Below are positions 46,084 to 58,487 of a stretch of 64,000 nt of DNA, in pieces. Where the stretch lies: assembly GCF_011745625.1 (NCBI RefSeq), contig NW_027191465.1, positions 62,001 through 126,000 of the forward strand. Direction: 5' to 3'. Origin of the DNA: Cladosporium halotolerans (Eukaryota). A program made the position numbers and the translations under genes. Positions within the stretch are counted from its first letter, which is position 1. Each line of letters starts with the position of its first letter. Below the pieces are notes generated by a model. That model ran no database searches. It was given only the letters and a program-made list of their open reading frames with translations, and was not told the DNA's origin.

Positions 46084-47409
46084 ATGACAGATTCATCACA
46101 AGAAGCAGCATCAGATGCCTCAAAAGACGTCCCAGTAGGGACCGAGCAGCAGAATGCTGACTCTGGAGAGGTATGTCCAACACCGCAAGCGGTGTGGGAA
46201 TGAAAAAGTAACCACGACCGCTCGTTGGAGGAAGCCAAATCTGATCCGATGTGGCGAGACCGCCTTGGATCGGAGCTGCAATATGCAAAAGCGCAAATCT
46301 GCCGTGAGTTCAATAGTAGTTTTTTCGATCATGCTGACGGGCGCAAGTAGGCTCCGAATGATGATCAGGTGTAAGTGCACCATCTCAATGGCGAACTTTC
46401 TCTTTCATAACACTGGCGATGCTCGGACTTGCTGTCTGGTATCTTGCGAAGACTATACATATTCGAATTTGTCACAATCGAGTCAGCAGGGAAGACTGAC
46501 GTGCCCTTCGTGGTGATCTGTCGATATGCTTTTTCCGCGAAGTTGATTCGTACCTCCTCGATGAAACTGCCGAGAGCGTCGTCTTTCAGTTATTGCAGCT
46601 TACAATATACCACTTGCATTTCGCAACAAGCCCGCTAATCTAGCCTTGAACAGACACGTCGCAACCGCCACCGCCACCGCTAACGACGTCCCTGGCGAAT
46701 GGTGCAAGATCTTCTGTTCCAAAGAAAGTAACGAGGCAGGCCAGGAGTATTACTTCAGCAACCTTCAGACTGGGGAGTCGAAGTGGGAGGAGCCGGATGC
46801 GGAGTACTGGCTCTGGGACCACGGAACCGGCACCTACCATGTCTCAGGCCTACAAAAGCCGACATCAAAGGAGACTCGTTAGTCCATCTCATGAATCGTT
46901 GTTAAGCTGAAGCTAACATCCGAGCAGTTGCTAAAGAGAAACAAGTCCGCGAGAATGAGAAGGATCCCCTGCCATACGACGACAAGGACCCCGCAAACGG
47001 ATGGCAGGGCTACAATCCGAAAGTCCATGGCACATACGATAAGAACGCCCCATACACCGCGTATCACAATTTCCTAGAGTGGGAAAAGGCGTCTAAGGAA
47101 AACCCACAAGCAGCCGCTGCCCAGGCACAAGGTGGCTTCCAGACGTACGAGTCAGTGGCGAACTTCAACTCCCACACAGGCCGCTTTCAAGCTGGCGACC
47201 AGACTGCCGATCGCTATAGCGCGGACAACAAGGCAGGTCGACAAATGAACGCCTTCTTCGACGTCGACACCGCCGCAAACTCCCATGACGGACGTAGCTT
47301 GAAGGAGGAACGTCGCAATACCAAGCTTTCGAAGAAGGAGATCCAGGAGATGAATCAGAAGCGCAAAGACAAGAAGCAGGCGAAGAGGATGGCGTTCCTG
47401 AAATCATGA
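46084..47409 (+). CDS. WW-domain protein with a conserved basic C-terminus
   Basis: Exons 46084-46170, 46351-46370 (20 nt), 46654-46877 and 46928-47409, with consistent phases. WW domain EW...YYFSNLQTGESKWEEP; GYNPKVHGTYD, FNSHTGRFQ and RQMNAFFDVD motifs. Confidence 0.8.
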
Positions 47410-47949
47410 GGGATGCTGGCCGAGATTTGCAGGATCCTATTACCTCCGTGAGCTGGTATCAACCCAGCGAGGATGAAATCAATAGGAAGCTCAAGAATGA
47501 CCGCTACGAATGCATCGACAGGAGCTGGGTTCCAGAGCTGCTTTTGGCAAGCAGCCGGTTGGCACGGTAATCAAAGCATTAGGAAACACGGATGGTTGAC
47601 GGAACAAGGTTTTGGCTCACGGAGGACACAATGGGTTCCACGCTGGAGCTCTAGATGCTCGGAGCAACAATGCAACGACTTCAGCCCTAGTATCCTCTTT
47701 CCTTTCCAACTCCCCCCAAACAGTAACAACAGTGACCAGTACCTACGCTTGAGCGCCACGAGCGTCAACTCTCACAAGCCACACCTTATCATACTCTTTC
47801 ACATGCCGAGAAACACGCGCGCCTTCCTTACCTTAGGCGCCAGCACGGCACCAGCCGCACCTCTTCATGTGCAGTGCAACCCCACGAGCGTAACCCCGGC
47901 CTCCCACCAACAAACGCAGCGCACGCAGCCAGCCGCAAAGCAAGCCGCC

Positions 47950-48600
47950 ATGCCGTGTAACGAGCCCCAACGCACACGCGCAATCTCAAACGCCTCCTAC
48001 GCAGGGGAGCCGCGCACTCTGTGGGAAGAATACGTCTTGCAAGCCGCGAGCCGGAAAAACGCTATGATGTTCGATATTGACATCGACGACGCGAAAAAGC
48101 GCAAGGTTCTCCTTGCTGCTGAACAGCGACAAAACGAGCGTAAAGATTCCGTCGCCGCCACCGAAGAAATGGAGCAAACGAAGGGCGCCGATGGAAAGAA
48201 GCTCGAAGATGCTACGACCACGATCGAATCAAAGTTACCCGCCGCCTTGCTCGCAAGCATCGAATCGGTCCACTCGCTTTCCCGCAACAGCAGCTCCCTC
48301 GCAAGCGACGACTCTCACACGCCGGACTCTTCCCAACACATTTACTTCGGCCCAAAAGAAACCTTGGCCTTGACGCCAAAGACTATTCGCGATGATGCTG
48401 AGAAGCAGCAGGCGCTTATCAAGACTTGTCCGGCTGATGGATTGACCATGAAGCACAGGCGTCGACTCGAGGAGGCGGGCAGCAGTGGCAAAGCTATGAT
48501 GAGTGGTGCTTTGGAGGCTGGAGATGGACGTTGCGAATGGTGTGTGAAAGCGGAAAAGGCGATGGAACCTTTGGTCGATGTTGGTGTTGTGGCACTATGA
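47950..48600 (+). CDS. Hypothetical protein, about 216 aa
   Basis: ATG in GCCGCCATG context inside the 47473-48600 open frame. Coding-like charged sequence, no recognisable domain. Confidence 0.5.
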   Translation: MPCNEPQRTRAISNASYAGEPRTLWEEYVLQAASRKNAMMFDIDIDDAKKRKVLLAAEQRQNERKDSVAATEEMEQTKGADGKKLEDATTTIESKLPAALLASIESVHSLSRNSSSLASDDSHTPDSSQHIYFGPKETLALTPKTIRDDAEKQQALIKTCPADGLTMKHRRRLEEAGSSGKAMMSGALEAGDGRCEWCVKAEKAMEPLVDVGVVAL

Positions 48601-48902
48601 TTGGGAAAGGGGGGTCTCGCTCCGGCCAGCGATCTGCATCCAGAGGCAGTTGGGTTTACGTCGAGTTGGCTAAGCCAAGGGTTGTTCAGAATGGGAGTTC
48701 GGAGCTTGGGGTAATGATCAGGAAAAAGCAAAGTCACGAGGATGTCTCACAATACGAAAAAGTGCTTCACACTTCAAAATCGCTTCTGAGGATCGTGCGC
48801 CGTAGGGCGCGTCATGCTTTTGTTGTTCTACGTGTATTATGGTGCTGAATGGTATCTTTTCAATGCACACGCGGCGTCCCCTTTCCACCTTGGGGTTGGC
48901 AT

Positions 48903-49940
48903 CTATTTGCTCCTCTTGTAGATCTTCCTGAGAAACTCAGCAAAGACCTCCTGCTTCATGCCCGACGACTCATCGACAGCGGCAATCTTCTGCCTAATCT
49001 CAGCGACACGCGCCTCCTCGTACTCCTGGTAGACCTTCTCGAGCTCCAGCTCGTCGAACAGCTTCTTGACCCTAGTCTCGCACTCCTTATTCTTCTGGCC
49101 GTAGTTCTCCTCCAGCACCTTGCGCTGCTCAGGAGTGACCTTCTTCAGCGCCTGGTTGACCAGCCACGAACACTTGTTGTCCTGGATGTCCGTTCCAATC
49201 TTGCCAAGAGTCTCGGGGTCCGCAAAGTTGTCCAGGTAGTCGTCCTGGACCTGGAAGTACTCGCCCATAGGGATGAGGATGTTCTCGGCCTGCTTCAGGT
49301 TCTCGGGCGAGGCCTTGCCGGTGTAGTGCATGGCGAGCGCGACGGGGAGGTAGAAGCTGTAGTACGCGGTCTTGTAGATGACGATGAAGGAATACTTCTC
49401 CAGGCTGAAGTTGTCGAGATCGACGTTGTCTTCAGGAGCGGTGAGCAAGTCGCAGGTCTGGCCGAGCTCAGTCTGGAAGGCGACCTCCTGGAACAACTCA
49501 ACGAGGTCGATGTAGGCGGGGTGGCTGCGGAAGTACTTCTTAAGGAGGATGAAAATGGACGACTCAAGCATGAAGGCGTCGTTGATCGCAATCATGCCGA
49601 CGCCGGGCTTGAGGTACCAGCAGGGCTGGCCGCGGCGGGTCTTGGAGGAATCCATGATGTCGTCGGAGACCAGGAAGAAGGCCTGAAGAAGCTCGATCAT
49701 CCAGCCGAGGGCGGCAGCGTGGAAATACTCATCCTGGGTAAGGTCACGGCCAAGGAGGAGCTGTGTGGTGTCGATAACAGAGAGACCGCGGTTGCACTTT
49801 CCACCGACAGCGTTGTAGTAAAGGGACTCCTCAAACCATTTCAGGGCCTGAGTGGGGAGATTGTATTGTTCGGCATGCTGCTTGAGGTCCGCGACAAGCT
49901 TAGGGAAGACTCCCTCGAACTCTTTCAGGGTGGTGGGCAT
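48903..49940 (-). CDS. ERG20: Farnesyl diphosphate synthase
   Basis: [18 protein letters not shown]...RRGQPCW (first Asp-rich motif with FF gate), KTAYYSF, and FQVQDDYLD...[14 protein letters not shown]. Confidence 0.98.
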   Translation of the reverse strand: MPTTLKEFEGVFPKLVADLKQHAEQYNLPTQALKWFEESLYYNAVGGKCNRGLSVIDTTQLLLGRDLTQDEYFHAAALGWMIELLQAFFLVSDDIMDSSKTRRGQPCWYLKPGVGMIAINDAFMLESSIFILLKKYFRSHPAYIDLVELFQEVAFQTELGQTCDLLTAPEDNVDLDNFSLEKYSFIVIYKTAYYSFYLPVALAMHYTGKASPENLKQAENILIPMGEYFQVQDDYLDNFADPETLGKIGTDIQDNKCSWLVNQALKKVTPEQRKVLEENYGQKNKECETRVKKLFDELELEKVYQEYEEARVAEIRQKIAAVDESSGMKQEVFAEFLRKIYKRSK

Positions 49941-50497
49941 GTTGGTGGTAACGCGGGGTATGTCGGCGCGAGTGGTGGGAATCCTCTGGCTGTAGGAGAC
50001 GAATTGGCAAAGCCGGTAGGAGGGTCGGAGGAGCGGTCTGGAGAGCCTCAGAAGGCTTTGGGGTCGAATGAAGAGCGCAATGGCGGGCGAGGCGGTGTTG
50101 AGAGCGTATCGTACGACTCAGCAAGTGGCTGCCCCTCGAGAAACATTCGGCGCTGTCCCTGCGGCGGTCAGGGTCCCGCAAACGCACGGCGCGGCTCGTC
50201 CAGGCACGCCAGTTGCCGATCCACCCATGGGGCTATAGCATCGAATGCCGTGAAAACATCTGAGACATGCCGATGATACCTTACTTTTCCAACAATTTTA
50301 CATCCGGATCGATGAAAAGCACAAAAATAGGGACCGAGCAAATGCTTGTTCCAGACACAAAAGATTCGAGCAAATATCTCATTGCGTCTAAGAAAGCCAA
50401 AATTTGATTTGGGCCTCCTTCCAAAAAGATGTTATGTTCGAATGCAATGTCATAACCTTTCGTGATCTATGTGTGGATGGACGGGGAGAGAAACCAT

Positions 50498-51895
50498 CTA
50501 TCGCTTTTTGGAGTTCACATTTCTCCCAGCTCCGACCTTGATCCGACCGCCACTCTTGTTCCGGTCACCAGTCAAGATGCCCGGCAAATAGTCCTCATCC
50601 ATCAGATTCCTCTCCTTCGACCTCTTCTCCTTAGTAAGAGCACGCTCGTACTCTTTCTGGTCCTCCGCAAGAATCAAGCTGTTGCCCCAGCCGCCCTTTC
50701 CGCCGCCCTTCACTCTGCCGTTTGCCGCACCAGCCACTGCCTTCGGGATGCTGTAGCGGTCGCCGCGCGAGTTGTACTGGAAGTTCTTCTTCAGGTGAAC
50801 CTTGAACTCGCCGTTGTTACCTGTGGAGCAAGACACGCGGGTGAGAGTCGGCTTGCCGCAGCGCGGGCAGAACTGCTTGTTCATCTCCTTTGTGACGAGG
50901 AAACAGGCCTGGCAGCGCAGCGCCACGGAGCGAACGTGGCGAATGCGCATCAAAGAGGTGGAGAGAAGGTTGAGGTTGATCTGCATGATCACATTCTGCA
51001 TGGCGAAATCGGTCGTCAACACGGCGACTTCCATCGTCTTTTGAGGGTACGCGTCAGCAACGGCGGGTTGAGCGTCTTTGGCTTGCTTTTGCTTGAGATT
51101 CGCAGGTGTGATCCAGCCTTCCGAATCAGAGTCGGAGTCTTCCTGGCTAGGAGCGGAGTTCTGGGCAGAGTCGACCTTGGAGTCCGTCTGCGGTTGGGCG
51201 GATGCACCTTCGCTGATCGATGTCTGCGCCAGCGCTTCTGTGACTTCCTTTTCAGGCTCCTGGCTTTGCTCTGCTGAAGCATCTGTAGTAGCTGCTGTGG
51301 TTTCGGCGGCCGCTTTGGGCTGCTCTCCAGCCTCAGCTTCCTTTGGCTCCTCTGGCTTAGCTTCTTGCTCCTGTGGCGAGACCTGCTCTGTAGTCTCTGT
51401 GGTCGCCACAGCCGTCTCGCCCTCTGTGCTTGGTACTTCCTGCGCCTGACCACTTGCCTTCATCTCGCCCTCAGCCTTCACTTCGCCCTCCTTCGCCTCA
51501 CCCTCCTTAGGCGGGAAAGGCCCATTCAACTCCTTCTGCCCCGGCGTCCTCCTCAACCTCCAATCACCTCCATTCCTCTCGACCTCCAGTTCATAGGTAA
51601 GCGCAATAATTTGCAAATCCGGCTTACTCAGAACAGGCAAATCACCGGTGCGGCGGGCGAAATCTGTGACGAATTTCATGGAAGCCGGCGAAGGTTGGCG
51701 GACACTCAAGAAAGGCATGAACAGTGTCTCGACGCGGGAGCGAGTGGCGGCATCCTTAATTTCCGAAATAATGGCAGGGACGGTGGTCAGGCTGGAAGAT
51801 TTGGCGAGGAGGGTTGAGACGGAGGGTTCGTTCTTGATGATTGCGCCCGTGTCGAGCACGAGGGTGTGCACGGGTTTGCGGTCTTCTTCCGCCAT
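50498..51895 (-). CDS. NOB1: 20S pre-rRNA D-site endonuclease Nob1 (PIN domain plus Zn ribbon)
   Basis: LVLDTGAII, TGDLPVLSKPD, EGWITP, TTDFAMQNV, CQAC...FCPRCG, and LILAEDQKEY. Confidence 0.96.
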   Translation of the reverse strand: MAEEDRKPVHTLVLDTGAIIKNEPSVSTLLAKSSSLTTVPAIISEIKDAATRSRVETLFMPFLSVRQPSPASMKFVTDFARRTGDLPVLSKPDLQIIALTYELEVERNGGDWRLRRTPGQKELNGPFPPKEGEAKEGEVKAEGEMKASGQAQEVPSTEGETAVATTETTEQVSPQEQEAKPEEPKEAEAGEQPKAAAETTAATTDASAEQSQEPEKEVTEALAQTSISEGASAQPQTDSKVDSAQNSAPSQEDSDSDSEGWITPANLKQKQAKDAQPAVADAYPQKTMEVAVLTTDFAMQNVIMQINLNLLSTSLMRIRHVRSVALRCQACFLVTKEMNKQFCPRCGKPTLTRVSCSTGNNGEFKVHLKKNFQYNSRGDRYSIPKAVAGAANGRVKGGGKGGWGNSLILAEDQKEYERALTKEKRSKERNLMDEDYLPGILTGDRNKSGGRIKVGAGRNVNSKKR

Positions 51896-52260
51896 GATGA
51901 GGTTTGTTTTTCGTTCCCTTTCGTGGATGTGCTTTTCTTTTGTCTAGCTGCAGTTCAAGATATTGTCCAGTCGAAAAATTGTTTTTGCAAAGTCGTTTGT
52001 TCGACGTTGCGCCACACCACATGGGAAATTTTATGAAGTTCTACGAATGCGAAAGAGTCAAATTGGGCAAAAAGCGGGGCTCCCTGGAAGATTTCTGACG
52101 CGCTGATTGGCGGCTTGTACATCACGGTGCTTTTGAGTCCACACGGAATGTGAGGAGATCGATATGCCTAGAGAGATCTGTCCGACACAATGGGTTGTGA
52201 AGAAATCTAGAAAGAAAGCATATTCGTGTATCGCTAAATCGCACTCAGATCATAGCAAAA

Positions 52261-55200
52261 TCACCCAGCCGCCCTCGACACCAGATCTTCCGCTTCGTCC
52301 ATATCTCCTCGCGCGTCGTCGTCACCAGAGCCCGGCGCATCACGCTGTCGAGCAACATGGGTGCGCGGGCCTCGAGGCTGCTGTCTGCCTGCATCATCGT
52401 CGCTATCGCTACTGGCATCATCGTCATCGTCGTCGTCTTCAGCGACCTCCGGATCCCGACTGCCCAGCTCCGGCTTGCGCTTGCGCTCGTAGTCCTGCGC
52501 GTGAGCGGAAAGCATAGTGGTTCCGACCTGTCGCAGGGCGCGAGCAAAGGGCGAGTCGCCCATGCTGGGGCGTTTGCGCCGCAGGGAGCCTGAGTCTGGT
52601 CCGATGGGGCCTTGTTCGAGATCTGTGGCCGACGTTCGTGTCTCTTCGCGGCTGAGGCGCTCGGATGGCATCCGGTGAGAATTTTGCATGCGCCCGGATG
52701 CATGCAGCGGCTGCTCGCTGTCGGTACCAGTCGTAGGACGTTCATGACCGTCCTCGTCTGATGTTTTGGAGAGCAGAGCCTGGTCCGAATCCTCCCGCTC
52801 GATCTCGTACGGCAAGGGAACGTCTCTGGAAGCTCTGAAACGGCCTACGTTGTTGCAGTGTTCATTCTCAACACGGAACAACGTCCATATACCACGGCGA
52901 ATGACTTCTGAGAAGCCCACGAAGAAAGAGACGACGGACGAGTGCTGGACGTCATTTGCGTAAATGACGTAGAAGATCCAGTTGAAGCGCAGGATGGGAT
53001 CAATGAACATGGCGGCGTAGTACCACCAAATTTGCTTGTAAGCCAGTTTGTGGCGCAAAAATCGGTGCTTCGCTGACGGCACACCGAGACCTGGAGGATG
53101 TCAGCGTACGTTCTATTGTTTAAAGGCTCGATCGACTTACTCCAGTCCATGATGACATCCCAGATACTGCAGTAAATGCCATTGACCGTTGCGCAGAAGA
53201 TGAAAAACCCCATCAACTCCGTCGTCCTTTCGATACGGAACAAGCTTAAGCTCATACTCGTCAGAATCGTGAAAGTGTACTTTCCACAGTTGACCAGATG
53301 TGGGAACACGTTGCGAGTATCATAATAACGCCTGATACATTGCAATGCGCGCCAGATTCCTGGGAGTGCCGTGAAAAATCCCAGCAGCCGTGAATGCGAG
53401 CTGTTGCAGACTGCTGGGTTGTTCCAGTCTCGAGCATACAAGCAGAAGAACAGTTCGATGTTGCCCAAAGCGTAGGTGAGGGAGCAGAACATGTCGCCAA
53501 GAAAGAAGTCGCGGAACTCGACTGGGTAAATGCCAGCCAAAAGAAGTCGCCAGTTGCTGTACAGGAACCAACCTCGAGAGCGATGGTAAAAGTAGGGGGC
53601 TGGAAGAATAAGAGCAGCCACAGACAGGCCGACCAGGATGACCGGCCAGTATTCATACATTGGCTCGCCAGCGAACTTGTTGAAATTTAGCCACATGACT
53701 AGACCGAGGAGGAAGAGGAAAAGCGCAGGCATCTGGAAAAAGTTAGCTGGGAGCTTCTATGCAAGGATCGCAGCAGTACTTACCTCACTCAGCTGCCGCC
53801 AGTCAAGCATGTGCCTACTGTCAAACTCGAACACGAATTGATAGTTGACTTTGGCGTACGTAAATGCCCGAGCGTCGATCACAAACAGGCCAGTCAGCAG
53901 CAACATCAGGAAGTAGCCACCGTATATCTGCAGCAAATAGCTGGCGTCTACAGCGATCCGTGGATCAGGATCAAAGATCTGCTCGACGCCATAGACTAAG
54001 CCCTGAATGCCAAAAACCAGACCCGCCGTAGCAAGGACGCCCTGTCTCCAGATGCTCCCAGTAAAGTCACCAGCCTTTGCGATCTTTGCGCGAAGTTTGC
54101 CAACAGCAACCTTGTGGTTGCCGCGCTCGAAGTAGCGCGCATATAGATCTTCGACATCGTGAATCATGCCGTCCAAGACATCAGAGTTAACGAAGTAAGC
54201 CTTGTTGACTTTTTCTGACATGAAACGGCCAGAGGGGCGTGCATTCACGGTTTTGTCGAATTTCTTATTGATCTTCCGGAAGGCGGTGCGGTTGAGAAGA
54301 GCATAGCTCTTGAGCAGCTCGAGGCCACGGTAGTATTCGGCCAAAGCGACCTTGAGCTTGCGCTTCGCAACTCTGTAAGGAACATCTTTAGCAGCCGGCT
54401 GCCGTGTATAGTCCCGTCGGTCCATGGGGCGGCTCTCTGGAGGAAGCTGAGGTGTTCCCAAGGTGCCCATTGTCCTGCTCGTCTTCCCAACACGCCCACT
54501 TCGCACTTTGTCGATAGCATGATCGATGTGAGTTACAGGTGCCATCCATGGCACGTTTGACAGATAGCCTTGCTTAGATTGTTCATTGGCTAGCCCGTGG
54601 TCATCGTCCTTCTTATTTGCTGCATCGCCTCCAGGTATACTGCCGTTTGATGATTGCTTCTTTTTCGATTGGTCTGCTTGTACGACTTCTTGTAGTCGTC
54701 GATTACGCATAACGTGTAGCTGTTCTCGAAGAACCCTCATGCGTTCGGTTGCTTGCTCCTCCTTGAATTTGTAAAAGTCCTCGATTTTTACAAGCTGCTT
54801 GTCAAGGAACTGGAAGAACTCGGCCTGCCTGAAATCCACTTCGCGGTAGGCTTCCAGAGCAACATCTTCGTGACCGCGACGCGTTTGGTTTGGAGATGCT
54901 GTGAGGGAAAACATGCGTCTCGCGAAAGGTCTTGATCCAGATCCTGAGTTGGCACGTTTCGGACTGAAAAGACTGCGGTGGCCTGGAGACTTTGTCGACT
55001 TCGGTGCGCCATCGTGCGGTTGTGCGATCTCGTATGCATTGCCGGTATGTTCCATTTGCGTGGGCGGAGGTTTCGGAGCCTGCGAATCCTCAGGCGATGG
55101 CTGCGTGGACAGACCATACTGCCCGTCGTTAGGCTGGGAGCTCTGTTTCGCCTTGGGCATGCCGGGATCCAAGGCTGGATCGGGCAATTCAAGCAGGGAC

Positions 55201-55688
55201 GCCTGCTTCTGCAATTGCTCCATTGTCGGGCTACCATCATTTGGGGGGCTCCCGATAATGCTTCCGTACCTTGTCAGACCGCGACCGTCGTCCTGTGTCT
55301 TATCTCCCTTCGAGAACAGCGGGCTTCGCTCGTTGATAGGCATGGGCTGCGTGCCCGCAGAAGGCGCAAGGCTGCCATTGCCAGCGTCCTGGGCATCAGT
55401 TGGCTCACTCCTAGGTCTCGTCGAGGTGAGAGCACCGCGGCTGACATGCGACACAGGGAATGCCTCGGCTGTGGGCCGGCGGTTCAAGAATGACTGCACT
55501 GGTCCATCTCCATCTTTGTAGGAGGGTACAGGAGTGACCGACCTAGGCCAGGCGTGGGAAGGGGGTTTGTCCGCATTCCTTATGGCCTTAGATACCGCTT
55601 TCAGCTTCTTTTTCCCGCCCTTGTAGTCCAGATATTTCTCCTTCCATTCTGCGACCAGATTCTCTTCCAGCTCTTTTGCGAACTTCAT
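52261..55688 (-). CDS. SYG1: SPX-EXS protein (Syg1/XPR1/PHO1 family, phosphate-export related)
   Basis: Exons 55688-53784, 53732-53141 and 53090-52261. SPX motifs MKFAKEL...YLDYKGGKKKLK and LNRTAFRKINKKFDK; EXS motifs VEFRDFFLGDMFCS, WDVIMDW and RRGIWTLFRVENEH. Confidence 0.94.
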
Positions 55689-56220
55689 GTTTCGGGTCGT
55701 ATATCGCTGCCGCGGCCTCGTCCTCCTAGCCAACGTCAAAGCATCTTTCTGGGCGACCCTGGAATTGGAATTCTCCTAGCGTGACGTTTCCGCAATGTTG
55801 TTCTGGAGGAACGGGCGAAGAAACGACGCGACCATGCCTAGCTTCGCCATTGGCGTGTTCTGGCCCGCCCACGTGCGTGCGTTGAATGTGACGTCACTAA
55901 GAAGGTTCGTCCCGCGCGCCTTCTCCGGATGTTTCAGATCGGTTTCTATTAATGACCACGTGAACCACAAGTTGAATCCGGTACGCGCTATTCAAGTAGA
56001 CGTTGCAGAAAGCACCAGCGCCAGGCTTAAGGAGAACCCTGATGGTATCATGGCCAAATCCTGTCCACCTGCGATGCATGACCTTCCAAGAAACCCTTTC
56101 TTAAGCAAAAACACCAAAGGATCATCACCGACGAAAGGCTTACGCGCGCTGCGCCTGTCACGCCACCTTCGATGTACCTCAGGTACCATCTCATGAATTT
56201 ATGCTTAAATACTCAAAGAT

Positions 56221-57688
56221 TCAAGAGCCTCCAGCGACAGCCTTGATGGGCGCACTGCCCGGGAAGAAGCTCGTCGGCATAGCCGGGACCGGAATGCTCA
56301 CGGTAAAACCAAAGTCCTCCTCCAGGTCGTCAGCCAGCTTCGGCGCCTCGTATCCCGTCGGAGCAGAAGTCACCGTCCTGGTAGTTACCGCGTACTCAGT
56401 CTTGCTCTCGCCGCCGTTCATGCAGTACAGCGGCTCGGCGCGGCGGAGATTCGTGTACGCGCTGCGACAGCTGTAAAACTGGGTGTCGCCCTTGTCGGTC
56501 CACATGTTGAAATCCGTCACATCGACGCCAGTGCAGGGAGCTCCATCGGCGCATTTGATCTGAAGAGGTCCACGCTGCATGCCGTCAGCCGCGGTGCCAG
56601 TCCAATTGTTGATCTTGATGTTGGAGAGTTGCACGCCGTCGCCATCGACCGGGTCCATGCTCTCCCAGTATTGCTCAATGTTCATGCTGTAGGCATTGGA
56701 GTGTCCGATGAAGTTCTCGAGGACGACGTTGGAGACTTGGCCGCTGCCGCCGTTGGATTTGATCATGTACTGGACGAGGTCAGTAATGTTGTCATCATGA
56801 GCGTCAGAACGAAAAGGTGGATCAGCCATACCATCTGGTTCGAGCCGACAGTGTAGATGTTGCGGTAAGTGATGTCAGTGACATTGACGTCTTGCCCGAG
56901 AGATCCCATAGCGCAGCCACCAGACCAGTTGCAGTAGATGTTCTCGACGAGGATATCCTTCGCCGGCGACTTGACCGTAACGCATTCATCCTAGAGGGTG
57001 TTAGCGAAGATTCCACATTTGGGCGGAGTTGACTTACCTTGTTAGTTACCATGACATCGTGGATCCAGATCCGCTCAGACCAAACGTCAATACCGTCCAG
57101 ACCACCGTGCTGTCCGCCGCGGATGGCCATGTTGTAGACTTCGCCATTGTCGCAAGTGTCCAAAGAGAAATGAAAGGAAGGAGAGTCGACCAGAGCAATG
57201 TCGTGAACAGAAAAATTGCTGACCTTGTACATGCGCAGCAGGCGAGGGCCACTGATAGAACCATCTTTGTGGAACTCGTATCCATGGCCCTGCACGGCAC
57301 CTTTAGCAGTCGTAGAGAAGAGCTCGAAGTCGGACGAGTGCTCAATGAAGATCATATTACCACCATCAGTGCCAGTGCGGGTGATGATCCCATCAAGTTG
57401 AAGGGCCCATGCTTTGCCGTTCTTGAGATCGACCCAATTCTCGAGGTTGTAGTTGCCAGAAGGGATCACGACAACGCCGCCGGTCTTACACGCAGCAAAT
57501 GCGTCGTTGATGGCAGCGGAAATGTCGCTGTTGGCCTTTCCGCCATAGTCCGCGATGTCGCAGGTCTTGATGGCTTTTTTGTCTTCTATAGACGTCAACG
57601 GTCCGACGTTTCCCGCCAAGTCAACGGACTGTGCGAGAGCCAGAGCATGAAGTGCAGCGACTGCCGCAGCTGAGTACTTGAGAAACAT
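56221..57688 (-). CDS. rhgA: Secreted rhamnogalacturonan hydrolase (GH28, RhgA-like)
   Basis: Exons 57688-57038, 56990-56832 and 56769-56221. Signal peptide; [39 protein letters not shown] and [11 protein letters not shown]. Confidence 0.93.
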
Positions 57689-58487
57689 GTTGTTCGAGAA
57701 CCAGCTCGAGCTTGCGAAGTGAAACGAGTGACTTGGGTAAGAACTGGAGAGTGCTCGTAGTTGCAACAAGCGACACGGAATCTGGGACCAAAAGGAACGT
57801 CGATGAAATTGAACGGAAGGACAAGTCAGAAAGCAGAGGTGTGAGGCATACCTGGGACGCGAGCTCTCTTTAGGCAGCAGATCCTCCAGCAGGCTTGTCT
57901 GACCAATCCTATAGCCCTACCTTGAAGTCAGGGTTGACTATAAAGTGAAACACGGGACTTAGTAGAGCTTCAACTTCTAGACCGGGAAATAGTATCGAAA
58001 GATTTGGTTGGGAGAGACGAGAATGAAGAGACAAGTTTGCTTGCTGTGGCGTACACAATTGTCCTAAGAATCTCACGATACCAGAAGCCAAGATGATTTC
58101 TGAGCTTGAATAATACCTTCTCCTGATGTTGAGTTGGGGCTCGTTAAGCTGAAACACTCGGGCGCCGCCGTCAGCTTCGCGCGGTGTTGGGCATGGCGCG
58201 CCTGAACTGATTGTTATGATCGCGCTGACAAAAATGGAATCACAAGGTGTGTTAGCGTACATTTGGTTCAGAAGCAAATGACCAGGTCTGGGTTGTGGGA
58301 GAGTAAATCCGATACAGCAAGTGATTATGAGTCGGTGCGTGTGAAGCTTCAGGTCTACAGGTGAAGTGCCAAGGCCAGCGACAGCCTGCCTGCCATCCCA
58401 ATCCGGTACGGCTCGATAACAGCAGATGAGAGCAACACCATAACAGCAGACCAACAATTCCCACGCAGTCCGGCATTCGCAATCGCC

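Noticed and set aside
46357..46499. Box C/D snoRNA (ATGATGA ... CTGA) in the WW gene
   Set aside because: The C-box-like sequence lies inside the phase-required microexon, and I recognised no terminal stem or rRNA guide.
30251..49940. Secondary-metabolite cluster suggested by the SRPBCC 'polyketide cyclase' protein and the prenyl synthase
   Set aside because: ERG20 is the housekeeping FPP synthase, and there is no PKS, NRPS, terpene cyclase, P450 or transporter nearby.
48849..50276. 475-aa ORF antisense to ERG20, and similar shadow ORFs over SSL2, SGT1, NOB1 and the NAP gene
   Set aside because: Same codon-bias artefact; the real genes are unambiguous on the opposite strand.
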